IMG/VR virus record: IMGVR_UViG_2541047770_000002
Direction: 5' to 3' (one strand)
Origin: a virus
Lineage: Duplodnaviria > Heunggongvirae > Uroviricota > Caudoviricetes
DNA length: 27,225 nt
Shown here: piece after piece, positions 17,485-24,836 of the stretch
How positions within the stretch are numbered: the stretch's first letter is position 1
Layout of the letters: every line of letters begins with the position of its first letter
The notes under the pieces: model-generated
The model's input: the letters and a program-made list of their open reading frames with translations, nothing else
Databases searched by the model: none
What the model was told of the DNA's origin: nothing
Position numbers and translations under genes: made by a program

Positions 17485-18252
17485 ATGAAAATGCAGACAT
17501 TACCCATCGTGCCGTGGATTGGTGGCAAACGCCGCCTTGCAAAACACATTCTGCCGCTGTTTCCGGCGCATGAATGTTATGTGGAGCCGTTTTGTGGGGC
17601 AGCAGCGCTCTATTTTCTTAAGACACCCGGCAAGATCGAAGTCATCAATGATATCAACGGTGAACTGGTGAATCTGTACCGGGTGGTAAAGCATCACCTG
17701 GAAGAATTTGTCCGCCAGTTCAAATGGGCGCTGGTCAGCCGTCAGATCTACAAATGGCTGCAGATCACCCCGGAAGAAACACTGACGGATATCCAGCGTG
17801 CGGCACGGTTTTACTACCTTCAGAAGCAGGCGTTTGGCGGCAAGGTGGCAGAGCACAGCTTCGGTACCTCCACCACATCCCCGCCACGCTTCAACCTGCT
17901 GCGTATTGAAGAAGAACTGTCAGCGGCACACCTGCGGCTTTCCAGAACAGTCATAGAACACATGGACTGGCAACAGTGCATTGAGCGTTATGATCGTCCG
18001 CACACGCTGTTCTACTGCGACCCACCGTACCTGGGTACGGAAGGCTATGGTGTGGATTTTCCTGAAGGGAACTACTCGCGGCTGGCAGAGCTGGCCCGGT
18101 GCATCAGAGGAAAGATGATTATATCGGTCAACGATATCCCGGAAATGCGGCAGGTTTTTAACGGTCTGAACATTCACTGTGTGAAGGTCAACTACAGTCT
18201 TGCAGGAAAGGGAACACTACGGCGCGAACTTATTGTAAGTAATTTAGAGTAG
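17485..18252 (+). CDS. dam: DNA adenine (N6) methyltransferase, Dam family
   Basis: Translation aligns by eye with E. coli Dam motifs: PWIGGKRRL (vs KWAGGK), EPFCGAAALYF (vs EPFVGAGSVF), DINGELVNLY (vs DINSDLISLY), FYCDPPY catalytic motif. Start ATG 17485 (MKMQTLPIV...); track start 17395 is upstream in frame. Confidence 0.85.
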   Translation: MKMQTLPIVPWIGGKRRLAKHILPLFPAHECYVEPFCGAAALYFLKTPGKIEVINDINGELVNLYRVVKHHLEEFVRQFKWALVSRQIYKWLQITPEETLTDIQRAARFYYLQKQAFGGKVAEHSFGTSTTSPPRFNLLRIEEELSAAHLRLSRTVIEHMDWQQCIERYDRPHTLFYCDPPYLGTEGYGVDFPEGNYSRLAELARCIRGKMIISVNDIPEMRQVFNGLNIHCVKVNYSLAGKGTLRRELIVSNLE

Positions 18253-18277
18253 GCTCAGAAGGAGGTAAGTAGTCTTG

Positions 18278-18309
18278 CATAACAATGCACCTGATGGTGC
18301 ATTGTTATG
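18278..18309. terminator. Bidirectional terminator-type hairpin between convergent dam and membrane-protein gene
   Basis: 14-bp perfect inverted repeat CATAACAATGCACC / GGTGCATTGTTATG with 4-nt loop TGAT; 26 nt after dam stop and overlapping the stop of the minus-strand gene. Confidence 0.5.
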
Positions 18310-18742
18310 ATATCACTTTGATTATATTGAATAATCGCCTACCTGTTTGTAATAAACACAACATAGACATAACAACAAGCCCAATGAGAATAGCGGCTAC
18401 AATCTCTTGATGCTTACTTTGCAGCATCAACCCAATCAAACATGTCAACACCAACACTAGCAAAACTAAGCAAGTGTAGAATGCATCGGTCATCAGACGC
18501 TTGTAATGTCCGGTTTTTTGCATGTTTTTAAGTAACGGTTTATCAAGCAATGATGCAAGTAGTGCAATTGCTGTAATAATAAAACCTAACAACGTTGCAA
18601 AGACACTGGACAATGTAGTCATGAAGTTTGGGATTGCGGCTACTGGCATATGGGGCAACTTGAACCAGTAGAGAAAACCAATCCCACATCCAATCAATAA
18701 ACTAAGCAATAGGGCCGAGTTCATCTTCTCCAATATATGCAT
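18305..18742 (-). CDS. Small four-helix integral membrane protein, RexB-like in size, topology and position (homology unverified)
   Basis: ATG 18742 with GGGAGAG 5 nt upstream (alternatives 18766, 18724); about 145 aa with four hydrophobic helices; last gene of repressor-strand operon; AT-rich. From memory of lambda RexB (144 aa, 4 TM) there may be a shared TLSS-plus-hydrophobic motif, but this was not verified. Confidence 0.6.
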   Translation of the reverse strand: MHILEKMNSALLLSLLIGCGIGFLYWFKLPHMPVAAIPNFMTTLSSVFATLLGFIITAIALLASLLDKPLLKNMQKTGHYKRLMTDAFYTCLVLLVLVLTCLIGLMLQSKHQEIVAAILIGLVVMSMLCLLQTGRRLFNIIKVIS

Positions 18743-19595
18743 TGATACTCTCCCGGTTTTCAGCATACGCAGTATCGATTAGACGGTACATGGTTTCGGC
18801 TGGAGGGAAACGAGCGTCAGTAACTACCGATTGATAGGACGAAATACGCTCGGCAATCAAATCCACAGGATGGACAACACCATCAGCATCGAACACATCA
18901 ATTACAGCCTTTTTCGCCCCAAACTCGACTAACTCTTGCATAGCAAATTTTATATTCTGCTTAAGCCTACCATCACTATCGCCACGGCGAGTATTAATCC
19001 CCATTACAATTTGCATTGTATCGGCACCTGCATCACCAAGCAGTTGTAGTGTCTTTTGACTGAAATCAGTATCAGGGTAAAACTCAGGATTACGGGGGCG
19101 AGGAATCGTCAACTGGATTTTTTTCATTTTGACATCTCCTCTCATAAGCCTAGCGATTGCATCTTTTTCCAGCAAAGGTGCGGGCTTAACCTTTGAACCA
19201 AAGATAGTTGAAAGAAATGCACTAAAACGGCTTATACCACAAGCCATATGATTATAGTGCCAACCTATAACATTGATTCGAGGATAGAATACAAAGAAAT
19301 TGCGCTCAATGATCCCTTCATCCTTGGCAAGTGGAATAGGGGTAGACTGTTTCCCTGGTGCACCTTTATCCGGAATGTTCGAGTTGCGAAATTTTCTCAA
19401 CTCTCCACTAAAAGAACCATCCGCGCGTTTTTTCAACCCCCAAATTTCTCTAGTAAAACCCTCATGGTTTGAAGAGGAAGGGCTCTGTTTATCAATTACA
19501 GATTGAAAAGCATCTCCGAGATTTGCCAGCTGATCTGTGGCCTTAAACGATAGCTGATGAAACTCAATACGATAATTTCTCACATCACCACTCAT
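18702..19595 (-). CDS. Hypothetical 297-aa soluble protein in the rexA position (no recognisable family)
   Basis: ATG 19595 with AAGGA 8 nt upstream; no TM segments; AT-rich codon usage unlike phage backbone; 3' end overlaps start of the membrane-protein gene (operon). No similarity to lambda RexA apparent by eye. Confidence 0.6.
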   Translation of the reverse strand: MSGDVRNYRIEFHQLSFKATDQLANLGDAFQSVIDKQSPSSSNHEGFTREIWGLKKRADGSFSGELRKFRNSNIPDKGAPGKQSTPIPLAKDEGIIERNFFVFYPRINVIGWHYNHMACGISRFSAFLSTIFGSKVKPAPLLEKDAIARLMRGDVKMKKIQLTIPRPRNPEFYPDTDFSQKTLQLLGDAGADTMQIVMGINTRRGDSDGRLKQNIKFAMQELVEFGAKKAVIDVFDADGVVHPVDLIAERISSYQSVVTDARFPPAETMYRLIDTAYAENRESINAYIGEDELGPIA

Positions 19596-19717
19596 ACGAT
19601 TAATCCTTAACGCGGAAAGTTCAGATGGTTAGTGCAAACAGCACATCCTACTGTTTAAATCAGCGCATATAACGAAGAGGTTTGATAACCTTGTCAATTG
19701 TTCTCATTGGGAATAGA
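19596..19717 (-). promoter_or_regulatory. Intergenic region between repressor and 297-aa gene; candidate internal promoter
   Basis: Minus-strand consensus -35 TTGACA (plus 19692..19697) with imperfect -10 candidates 17-19 nt downstream; could allow expression independent of the repressor promoter. Confidence 0.25.
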
Positions 19718-20134
19718 TTAACCCACATTTTTTAACCGCTCAATCGTTGCGGATAATTCCTTCAGTTGTTTTTCCATCTCGATCACTCGCTGTTTTTCCG
19801 CAGCGCCTCGCAGAAGATCGTTACGAACCTCGGGGTCTAGCTGCTTTAAAAGCTCAAGCATAGTAAGGTCAGCTTGGCTAAACTGCACTTGCGTCGGAGT
19901 TACGTCTACTTCTTTTGATAAACCTTGTTTTCTACCTGTTAGCAACCAATCTAAAGAAACCCCCTTTTCTTCTGCGATGTTTATGCAAATTGCATAAGGC
20001 ACAGAATCACGCTTCCTCCAACTTGCAAGTGTCTGCCTATTGACGTTAAGCGCTCTTGCCAACTCACTATCATTCTCTGCTTGGAATAGTGACATTAACC
20101 GGGAAAGCACAGCGTTAACATCTTTGTTATTCAT
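19718..20134 (-). CDS. Prophage repressor, CI-type helix-turn-helix (no peptidase domain)
   Basis: 138 aa from ATG 20134 (track start 20149 is GTG); HTH segment LARALNVNRQTLASWRKRDSVPYAICINIAEEKGVSLDWLLTG typical of phage CI-type repressor N-terminal domains; divergent from the ner-A-B early operon. Confidence 0.7.
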   Translation of the reverse strand: MNNKDVNAVLSRLMSLFQAENDSELARALNVNRQTLASWRKRDSVPYAICINIAEEKGVSLDWLLTGRKQGLSKEVDVTPTQVQFSQADLTMLELLKQLDPEVRNDLLRGAAEKQRVIEMEKQLKELSATIERLKNVG

Positions 20135-20149
20135 TTTGCGTAATTCCAC

Positions 20150-20222
20150 TTGATTTATTTATTTTGAATAAGTACATTTATTCATATTGAGTACATGATA
20201 ACCCAACTGGAACTATCCGCAT
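20150..20222. promoter_or_regulatory. Repressor / early-operon operator-promoter region
   Basis: 20-bp palindrome TGAATAA-GTACAT-TTATTCA at 20165..20184 (perfect 7-bp arms); second GTACAT copy at 20191..20196; lies between divergent repressor and ner-like starts. Confidence 0.5.
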
Positions 20223-20447
20223 ATGAATAAACAACAAGTTCGGGCACGACTAGTTGAACGAGGCAGTAGCTTGCGCCAGTTCGCGCTTAACGCAGGCTAT
20301 GAGCCACGAACAGTCACACAGGCAGTCAGTCGCTGGGCTGGTAAAAGTGAACTACCACGTGGTCGTTTGACTTATCGGATTTTGCGAGATCTATCGGTTG
20401 CAATAGGTAAAGAAGTTACCCCCGGTATCCTTAAGGAGGTGTCATGA
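20223..20447 (+). CDS. ner: Ner-like DNA-binding protein (early-operon regulator)
   Basis: 74 aa; segment LRQFALNAGYEPRTVTQAVSRWAGKSELP resembles Mu Ner (LSALSRQFGYAPTTLANALERHWPKGEQ, from memory); first gene of operon ending in transposase and B. Confidence 0.65.
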   Translation: MNKQQVRARLVERGSSLRQFALNAGYEPRTVTQAVSRWAGKSELPRGRLTYRILRDLSVAIGKEVTPGILKEVS

Positions 20448-20752
20448 ATAAACCAAATACATCAAGCGCAGGTACCCGTATTTTGCGTGTTCTTAAGGCG
20501 TTACGTGGCCACGCTCTGAACGGTATCTCCAACGGTGAACTGGCGGCAGCACTGCACGAGTCACCAGCAAACATTAATCGGGCACTCAACACCCTCATTG
20601 AAGAAGGGCTGGCCCTGAAACTGGAGAATGGACGTTTTGCACCGGGCATCCAGTTACTGCAGATCGCCATGGCTCACAGTAACGAGATGGCACGAGCGCA
20701 GGATCGTATTAACGAAATCAACCAACGTGTCATTTCAGGTAGTCGTTTATAA
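20444..20752 (+). CDS. Small winged-helix DNA-binding protein (IclR-like HTH)
   Basis: 102 aa; ATG overlaps ner stop (ATGA), AAGGAGG upstream; pattern RILRVLKAL...ISNGELAAALHESPANINRALNTLIEEGLA resembles IclR-type N-terminal wHTH. Confidence 0.45.
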   Translation: MNKPNTSSAGTRILRVLKALRGHALNGISNGELAAALHESPANINRALNTLIEEGLALKLENGRFAPGIQLLQIAMAHSNEMARAQDRINEINQRVISGSRL

Positions 20753-20762
20753 GGAGTAATCA

Positions 20763-21674
20763 ATGGGACGTACCAAATCACCAATGTCCACTGATCTGAA
20801 TGCTGAGGTGCCGCTGTCTGATGATCTCAACATCAGTCTTAATACCATGGCACAACACCGCGTGGAGATCATGCAGCAGTTCGGCGATGGTCTGCCTTAT
20901 GAACGTGATCGCATTGTTCACGAAGCACGCTTTTATATGGCACAAAGTGCTGAGGCCATGCTAGAGGCAGGTAAACGACTGATAATACTGAAAGAAAATG
21001 AACCATATGGTGATTTCATAAATATTGTCGAGTCTGAATTATCAATGTCAAAGCGTACTGCACAGGTAATGATGCAGGCATCAATAAAATATTTATCACC
21101 ACAACTTGAGTCAAAAGCGCAGACGTTTGCGCTTTTAGGAAAAGCCAAATTATTCGAGTTAATGACGGAAGACGATGAAAACCTTGCCGAACTGGCTGAT
21201 GGTGGCACTGTTGCCGGCCTGACGCTTGACGACGTTGATCGCATGTCAGTACGCGAACTTCGCCAGGCCCTGCGCGAAGCGCGCGAAACCAACGCAGCAC
21301 AACAGCGCGTACTCGCCGATAAAAATGAAAAAATTGATTCTCTCTCTACCAGACTGGAAAAGAAATCCCGTATTCAGCCGCCTGAGCCTGATGAGGAGGT
21401 TAAGAAGCTGCGGGCGGAAGTGACAGCATTAGCGGTTGAGGCGGAATCTGCTATCGCCGTCCGACTGTCCAGCGCTTTTGAGACACTGTGCGCATATTGT
21501 GCTGAAAACATGATTGATACTCCCAGAGACTTCATGGCAGGCCTGGTCTGTCAACTGGAAAGCACAGCGCGTAGCCTGCGCTCCACATTTGACCTGCCGG
21601 ACGAGCCAACAGGCAATGCAGCGCCTTCATGGCTGACTGAGCCGACGCCACAGATTAACGGGCTGGAGGCATAA
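20763..21674 (+). CDS. Hypothetical coiled-coil early protein
   Basis: 303 aa, AAGGAG RBS; central coiled-coil region; a gene of similar character sits before the transposase in several Mu-like prophages (recollection, unverified). Confidence 0.5.
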   Translation: MGRTKSPMSTDLNAEVPLSDDLNISLNTMAQHRVEIMQQFGDGLPYERDRIVHEARFYMAQSAEAMLEAGKRLIILKENEPYGDFINIVESELSMSKRTAQVMMQASIKYLSPQLESKAQTFALLGKAKLFELMTEDDENLAELADGGTVAGLTLDDVDRMSVRELRQALREARETNAAQQRVLADKNEKIDSLSTRLEKKSRIQPPEPDEEVKKLRAEVTALAVEAESAIAVRLSSAFETLCAYCAENMIDTPRDFMAGLVCQLESTARSLRSTFDLPDEPTGNAAPSWLTEPTPQINGLEA

Positions 21675-21677
21675 CCA

Positions 21678-23447
21678 ATGAATGCTGCCCTGACTGAACG
21701 ACTGGTTTATGTCGCCCGCGCGGCACGTGACGCGGGGCATGGTAAACGCGGTGCAATATACGACGCTGCCTGTGCTGAACTTGGCATGTCCCGCGCCACT
21801 CTGCTGCGCAGGCTGAAGGAGGTCTCTGTGACTGATAAACGCAAAAAACGCGCCGATGCCGGGCGCAGCGCCCTGACCCGCGACGAAGCCGCGCTGATAT
21901 CTGCCACACTGCGTGAGGCCACCCGCAAGAACGGTAAGCGTCTCTATTCCATCGCAGATGCAGTGGAAACCCTGCGGGCTAACGGCTTTATCACCGCAGG
22001 CAGAACAGATGAAACCACCGGTGAGTTTTTCCCGTTGTCTGAAGATGCCATCAGCCGTGCTCTGCGTAACTATGGCCTGCACCCGGAACAACTGGATGCC
22101 CCTGCACCACATACCGAAGTGGCCAGTCTGCATCCCAATCATGTCTGGCAGATTGACGCCTCACTCTGCACGCTTTACTACCTGAGCAATGGACATAAAG
22201 GGCTGCAGGTGATGGACAGCGCGAAGTTCTACAAGAACAAGCCCGCTAACCTTGCCCGTATCGCCAGTGACCGCGTGTGGAGTTACGAGATTACCGACCA
22301 TGCCAGCGGCTGGATTTACGTTGAGTATGTGACGGGCGCGGAATCCGGTGAGAACCTGTGTTCTGTGCTTATCAACGCCATGCAGGAGCGTGGCGGCGCA
22401 GACGTGCTGCACGGCGTGCCGAAAATACTCTATCTCGACCCCGGCTCGGCAAACACCGCGGGTATGACGAAAAACATGTGCCGCTCACTGGGCATCGACC
22501 TGATAGCGCACAAGCCGCATAACGCCCGCGCCACCGGACAGGTGGAAAAGGCGCGGGACATTATCGAACGCAAGCTGGAGCCGGGTCTGAAGTTCCGGCC
22601 GGTTCACAGTCTGGAAGAACTCAACGCGCTGGCCGCGAAATGGCGCAGCCACTTTAACGCCACGGCTGTTCACAGCCGCCACGGTAAAACCCGCACGGAT
22701 ATCTGGCTGAAGATTACTGCTGAGCAGCTGAAAAAAGCGCCTCCCGTTGAGGTATGTCGTGAACTGGCTGTGGCGGCACCAGAACTCCGCAAAGTCACGC
22801 CAAAACTTCGTGTCTCGTTCCGGGGCACTGAATTTGACGTATCAACGGTACCGGGCGTACTGGTTGGTGAAAAACTGATGATTACCCGTAACCCATGGCG
22901 CAGCGATGTGGCACAGGTGGTTCTGACCGGTGAGGACGGCCACGAGACGTTCTTCCTGGTCGAAGAGGTCAGAAAGAACGAGTTTGGCTTTGCTGAAGGC
23001 GCGGCGGTATTTGGCGAAAGTTACAAAGCCCTGCCGGAAACCCCGGCACAGATGGCGGCAAAAGAAACCGAAGCGCTGGTTACCGGTACAGACAACGCCG
23101 CAGATGCAGCCGCCGCACGCAAGGCGAAGGCGCTGCCGTTCGGCGGGCGGCTTGACCCGTATAAACATATCGACGACACCACACTTCCGGCCTATATGCC
23201 GAAGCGTGGTCAGGCCTCTGACGTACGCGGGCCGCGCACTGAACAACGTCCCATGACTCATGTGGAGGCCGCGAAAGCCCTGCGCGATAAGTTCAGCGCC
23301 GACGGCCTTACCTGGACGCCGGAACATTACCGCCAGTTAACGGCACAGTACCCGGACGGCGTACCGGAAGCCGCACTGGATGAAGTCATGGCCACGCTGA
23401 CCACACCGGCCCGCAGCAGTGTTATCAGCATTGTTAACGGCAACTGA
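21678..23447 (+). CDS. DDE transposase (Mu A-like)
   Basis: 589 aa; GGAGG 9 nt before ATG; immediately followed by AAA+ ATPase partner; HVWQIDAS-type segment consistent with DDE integrase/transposase core. Confidence 0.8.
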   Translation: MNAALTERLVYVARAARDAGHGKRGAIYDAACAELGMSRATLLRRLKEVSVTDKRKKRADAGRSALTRDEAALISATLREATRKNGKRLYSIADAVETLRANGFITAGRTDETTGEFFPLSEDAISRALRNYGLHPEQLDAPAPHTEVASLHPNHVWQIDASLCTLYYLSNGHKGLQVMDSAKFYKNKPANLARIASDRVWSYEITDHASGWIYVEYVTGAESGENLCSVLINAMQERGGADVLHGVPKILYLDPGSANTAGMTKNMCRSLGIDLIAHKPHNARATGQVEKARDIIERKLEPGLKFRPVHSLEELNALAAKWRSHFNATAVHSRHGKTRTDIWLKITAEQLKKAPPVEVCRELAVAAPELRKVTPKLRVSFRGTEFDVSTVPGVLVGEKLMITRNPWRSDVAQVVLTGEDGHETFFLVEEVRKNEFGFAEGAAVFGESYKALPETPAQMAAKETEALVTGTDNAADAAAARKAKALPFGGRLDPYKHIDDTTLPAYMPKRGQASDVRGPRTEQRPMTHVEAAKALRDKFSADGLTWTPEHYRQLTAQYPDGVPEAALDEVMATLTTPARSSVISIVNGN

Positions 23448-23457
23448 GGAGGGAAAC

Positions 23458-24624
23458 ATGCTGGTACTGAAGCAGCAACTGAAAGAGGCCCGTATTCCAC
23501 AGGCGGTGGTGGCGAGAGCTGTCGATGTTTCTGAGGCCACGCTGGCCCAGATTGTGAATCATAACGCGTGGCCCCGCACCAGCCCCGGAGAAGTGCGCCG
23601 GCGTCTTGCGTCCTGGCTGGAAAGTCAGGGGATTGATACAACGAAGAGTTTTGATGCTGTACAGGGCGCGGCCACGCCCCGTACAGCGGGTACCACAGAT
23701 AAAACGAGCCTCAGTGAGGAAGAGAATATGTTACTCAAAAAACAGGTGTTATTTCCAGCAACCAAAAAAGCGTTTGGTCTTTTCCGTGACCCGTTCGCCG
23801 ACGAAGCCATGCAGGGTTCTGATGATGTGTTCACCACCCCGGACATTCGCTACGTGCGTGAGGCGCTGTACCAGACAGCCCGTCATGGTGGGTTTATGGC
23901 CGTCATCGGTGAGTCCGGTGCGGGTAAATCCACGCTGCGCCGCGACCTGACTGAACGTATCAACCGCGAGAATGCGCCGGTAATTGTTATCGAGCCATAC
24001 ATCATCGCTATGGAAGACAACGATGTGAAAGGGAAAACCCTGAAGGCAGCAGCTATTGCCGAAGCCATTATCAGTACCATCGCACCACTGGAAAGCATCA
24101 GACGCAGTCAGGACGCCCGTTTTCGCCAGTTGCATCGCGTCCTGAAAGACAGCAGCCAGGCGGGGTTCAGCCACGTTCTGGTGATTGAGGAGGCCCACAG
24201 TCTGCCCATTCCGACACTGAAACACCTCAAACGCTTTTTTGAGCTGGAGTCCGGTTTCAAAAAACTGCTGTCCATCGTGCTGATTGGCCAGCCGGAACTG
24301 GCGACAAAACTGTCTGAACGCAATATGGAAGTCCGTGAAGTCGTTCAGCGCTGTGAGGTGGTCGAACTTCTGCCTCTGGACAATAACCTTGAAGAATTTC
24401 TGACGTTCAAACTGCAACGGGCCGGTAAACAGCTGACGGACATTATGGACGCCGGTGCAGTGGATGCCATACGTGCCCGCCTGAGCAATCCGGGAAGTCA
24501 CCGTAAAAATATGGTCAGCCTGCTGTATCCGCTGGCCGTCAGTAACCTGGTAATAGCCGCCATGAATCTGGCCGCTGAAATCGGGGTTCCACAGGTCAAC
24601 GCTGACGTTGTCAAAGGGGTTTAA
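23458..24624 (+). CDS. Transposition target-DNA activator ATPase (Mu B-like, AAA+)
   Basis: ATG 23458 with GGAGGG RBS directly after transposase stop; N-terminal HTH-like segment then Walker A GESGAGKST and Walker B-like HVLVIEEAH. Confidence 0.8.
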   Translation: MLVLKQQLKEARIPQAVVARAVDVSEATLAQIVNHNAWPRTSPGEVRRRLASWLESQGIDTTKSFDAVQGAATPRTAGTTDKTSLSEEENMLLKKQVLFPATKKAFGLFRDPFADEAMQGSDDVFTTPDIRYVREALYQTARHGGFMAVIGESGAGKSTLRRDLTERINRENAPVIVIEPYIIAMEDNDVKGKTLKAAAIAEAIISTIAPLESIRRSQDARFRQLHRVLKDSSQAGFSHVLVIEEAHSLPIPTLKHLKRFFELESGFKKLLSIVLIGQPELATKLSERNMEVREVVQRCEVVELLPLDNNLEEFLTFKLQRAGKQLTDIMDAGAVDAIRARLSNPGSHRKNMVSLLYPLAVSNLVIAAMNLAAEIGVPQVNADVVKGV

Positions 24625-24643
24625 TAATGAAATCCACCACAGG

Positions 24644-24810
24644 TGCGTATTTTCATGAAAGGAGATCACTCAATAACTTCCATCGAGATCGGGTAATAAC
24701 ATTTGAACAGATCGCTGAATAACATCGATGGAGATCACTTTTGACTCATTTTGTTATTCAGTGATCTCCATCAATGTTATTGGAACTTCACAGGTGTGTT
24801 GATCTGTATC
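24644..24810. repeat. Left terminal inverted repeat region of IS with multiple internal repeats
   Basis: GGAGATC-containing motifs at 24661, 24685, 24730 and inverted at 24763; six GATC sites within about 160 bp. Confidence 0.6.
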
Positions 24811-24836
24811 TTTTGCCATTCCGGTAAAGGATACCT

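Noticed and set aside
18702-19595. Direct homology of the 297-aa protein to lambda RexA
   Set aside because: No similarity is apparent by eye against my recollection of RexA; only the positional analogy is claimed.
19718-20222. Canonical Mu left end (attL directly beside the repressor)
   Set aside because: Phage genes (rex-like pair, dam, late operon) continue on the far side of the repressor, so the repressor is not at a prophage terminus here.
21627-22142. 171-codon minus-strand ORF and neighbouring short minus ORFs
   Set aside because: Antisense to the transposase gene; no RBS; composition of a non-coding frame.
23749-24669. 306-codon minus-strand ORF
   Set aside because: Antisense to the Mu B-like ATPase gene, which carries clear Walker motifs.
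24644-24810. CRISPR-like short repeats
   Set aside because: The repeated GGAGATC/CATCGATGGAGATC units are irregularly spaced, partly inverted, and mirrored at the other end of the istA-istB unit; they are IS terminal repeats, not a CRISPR array.
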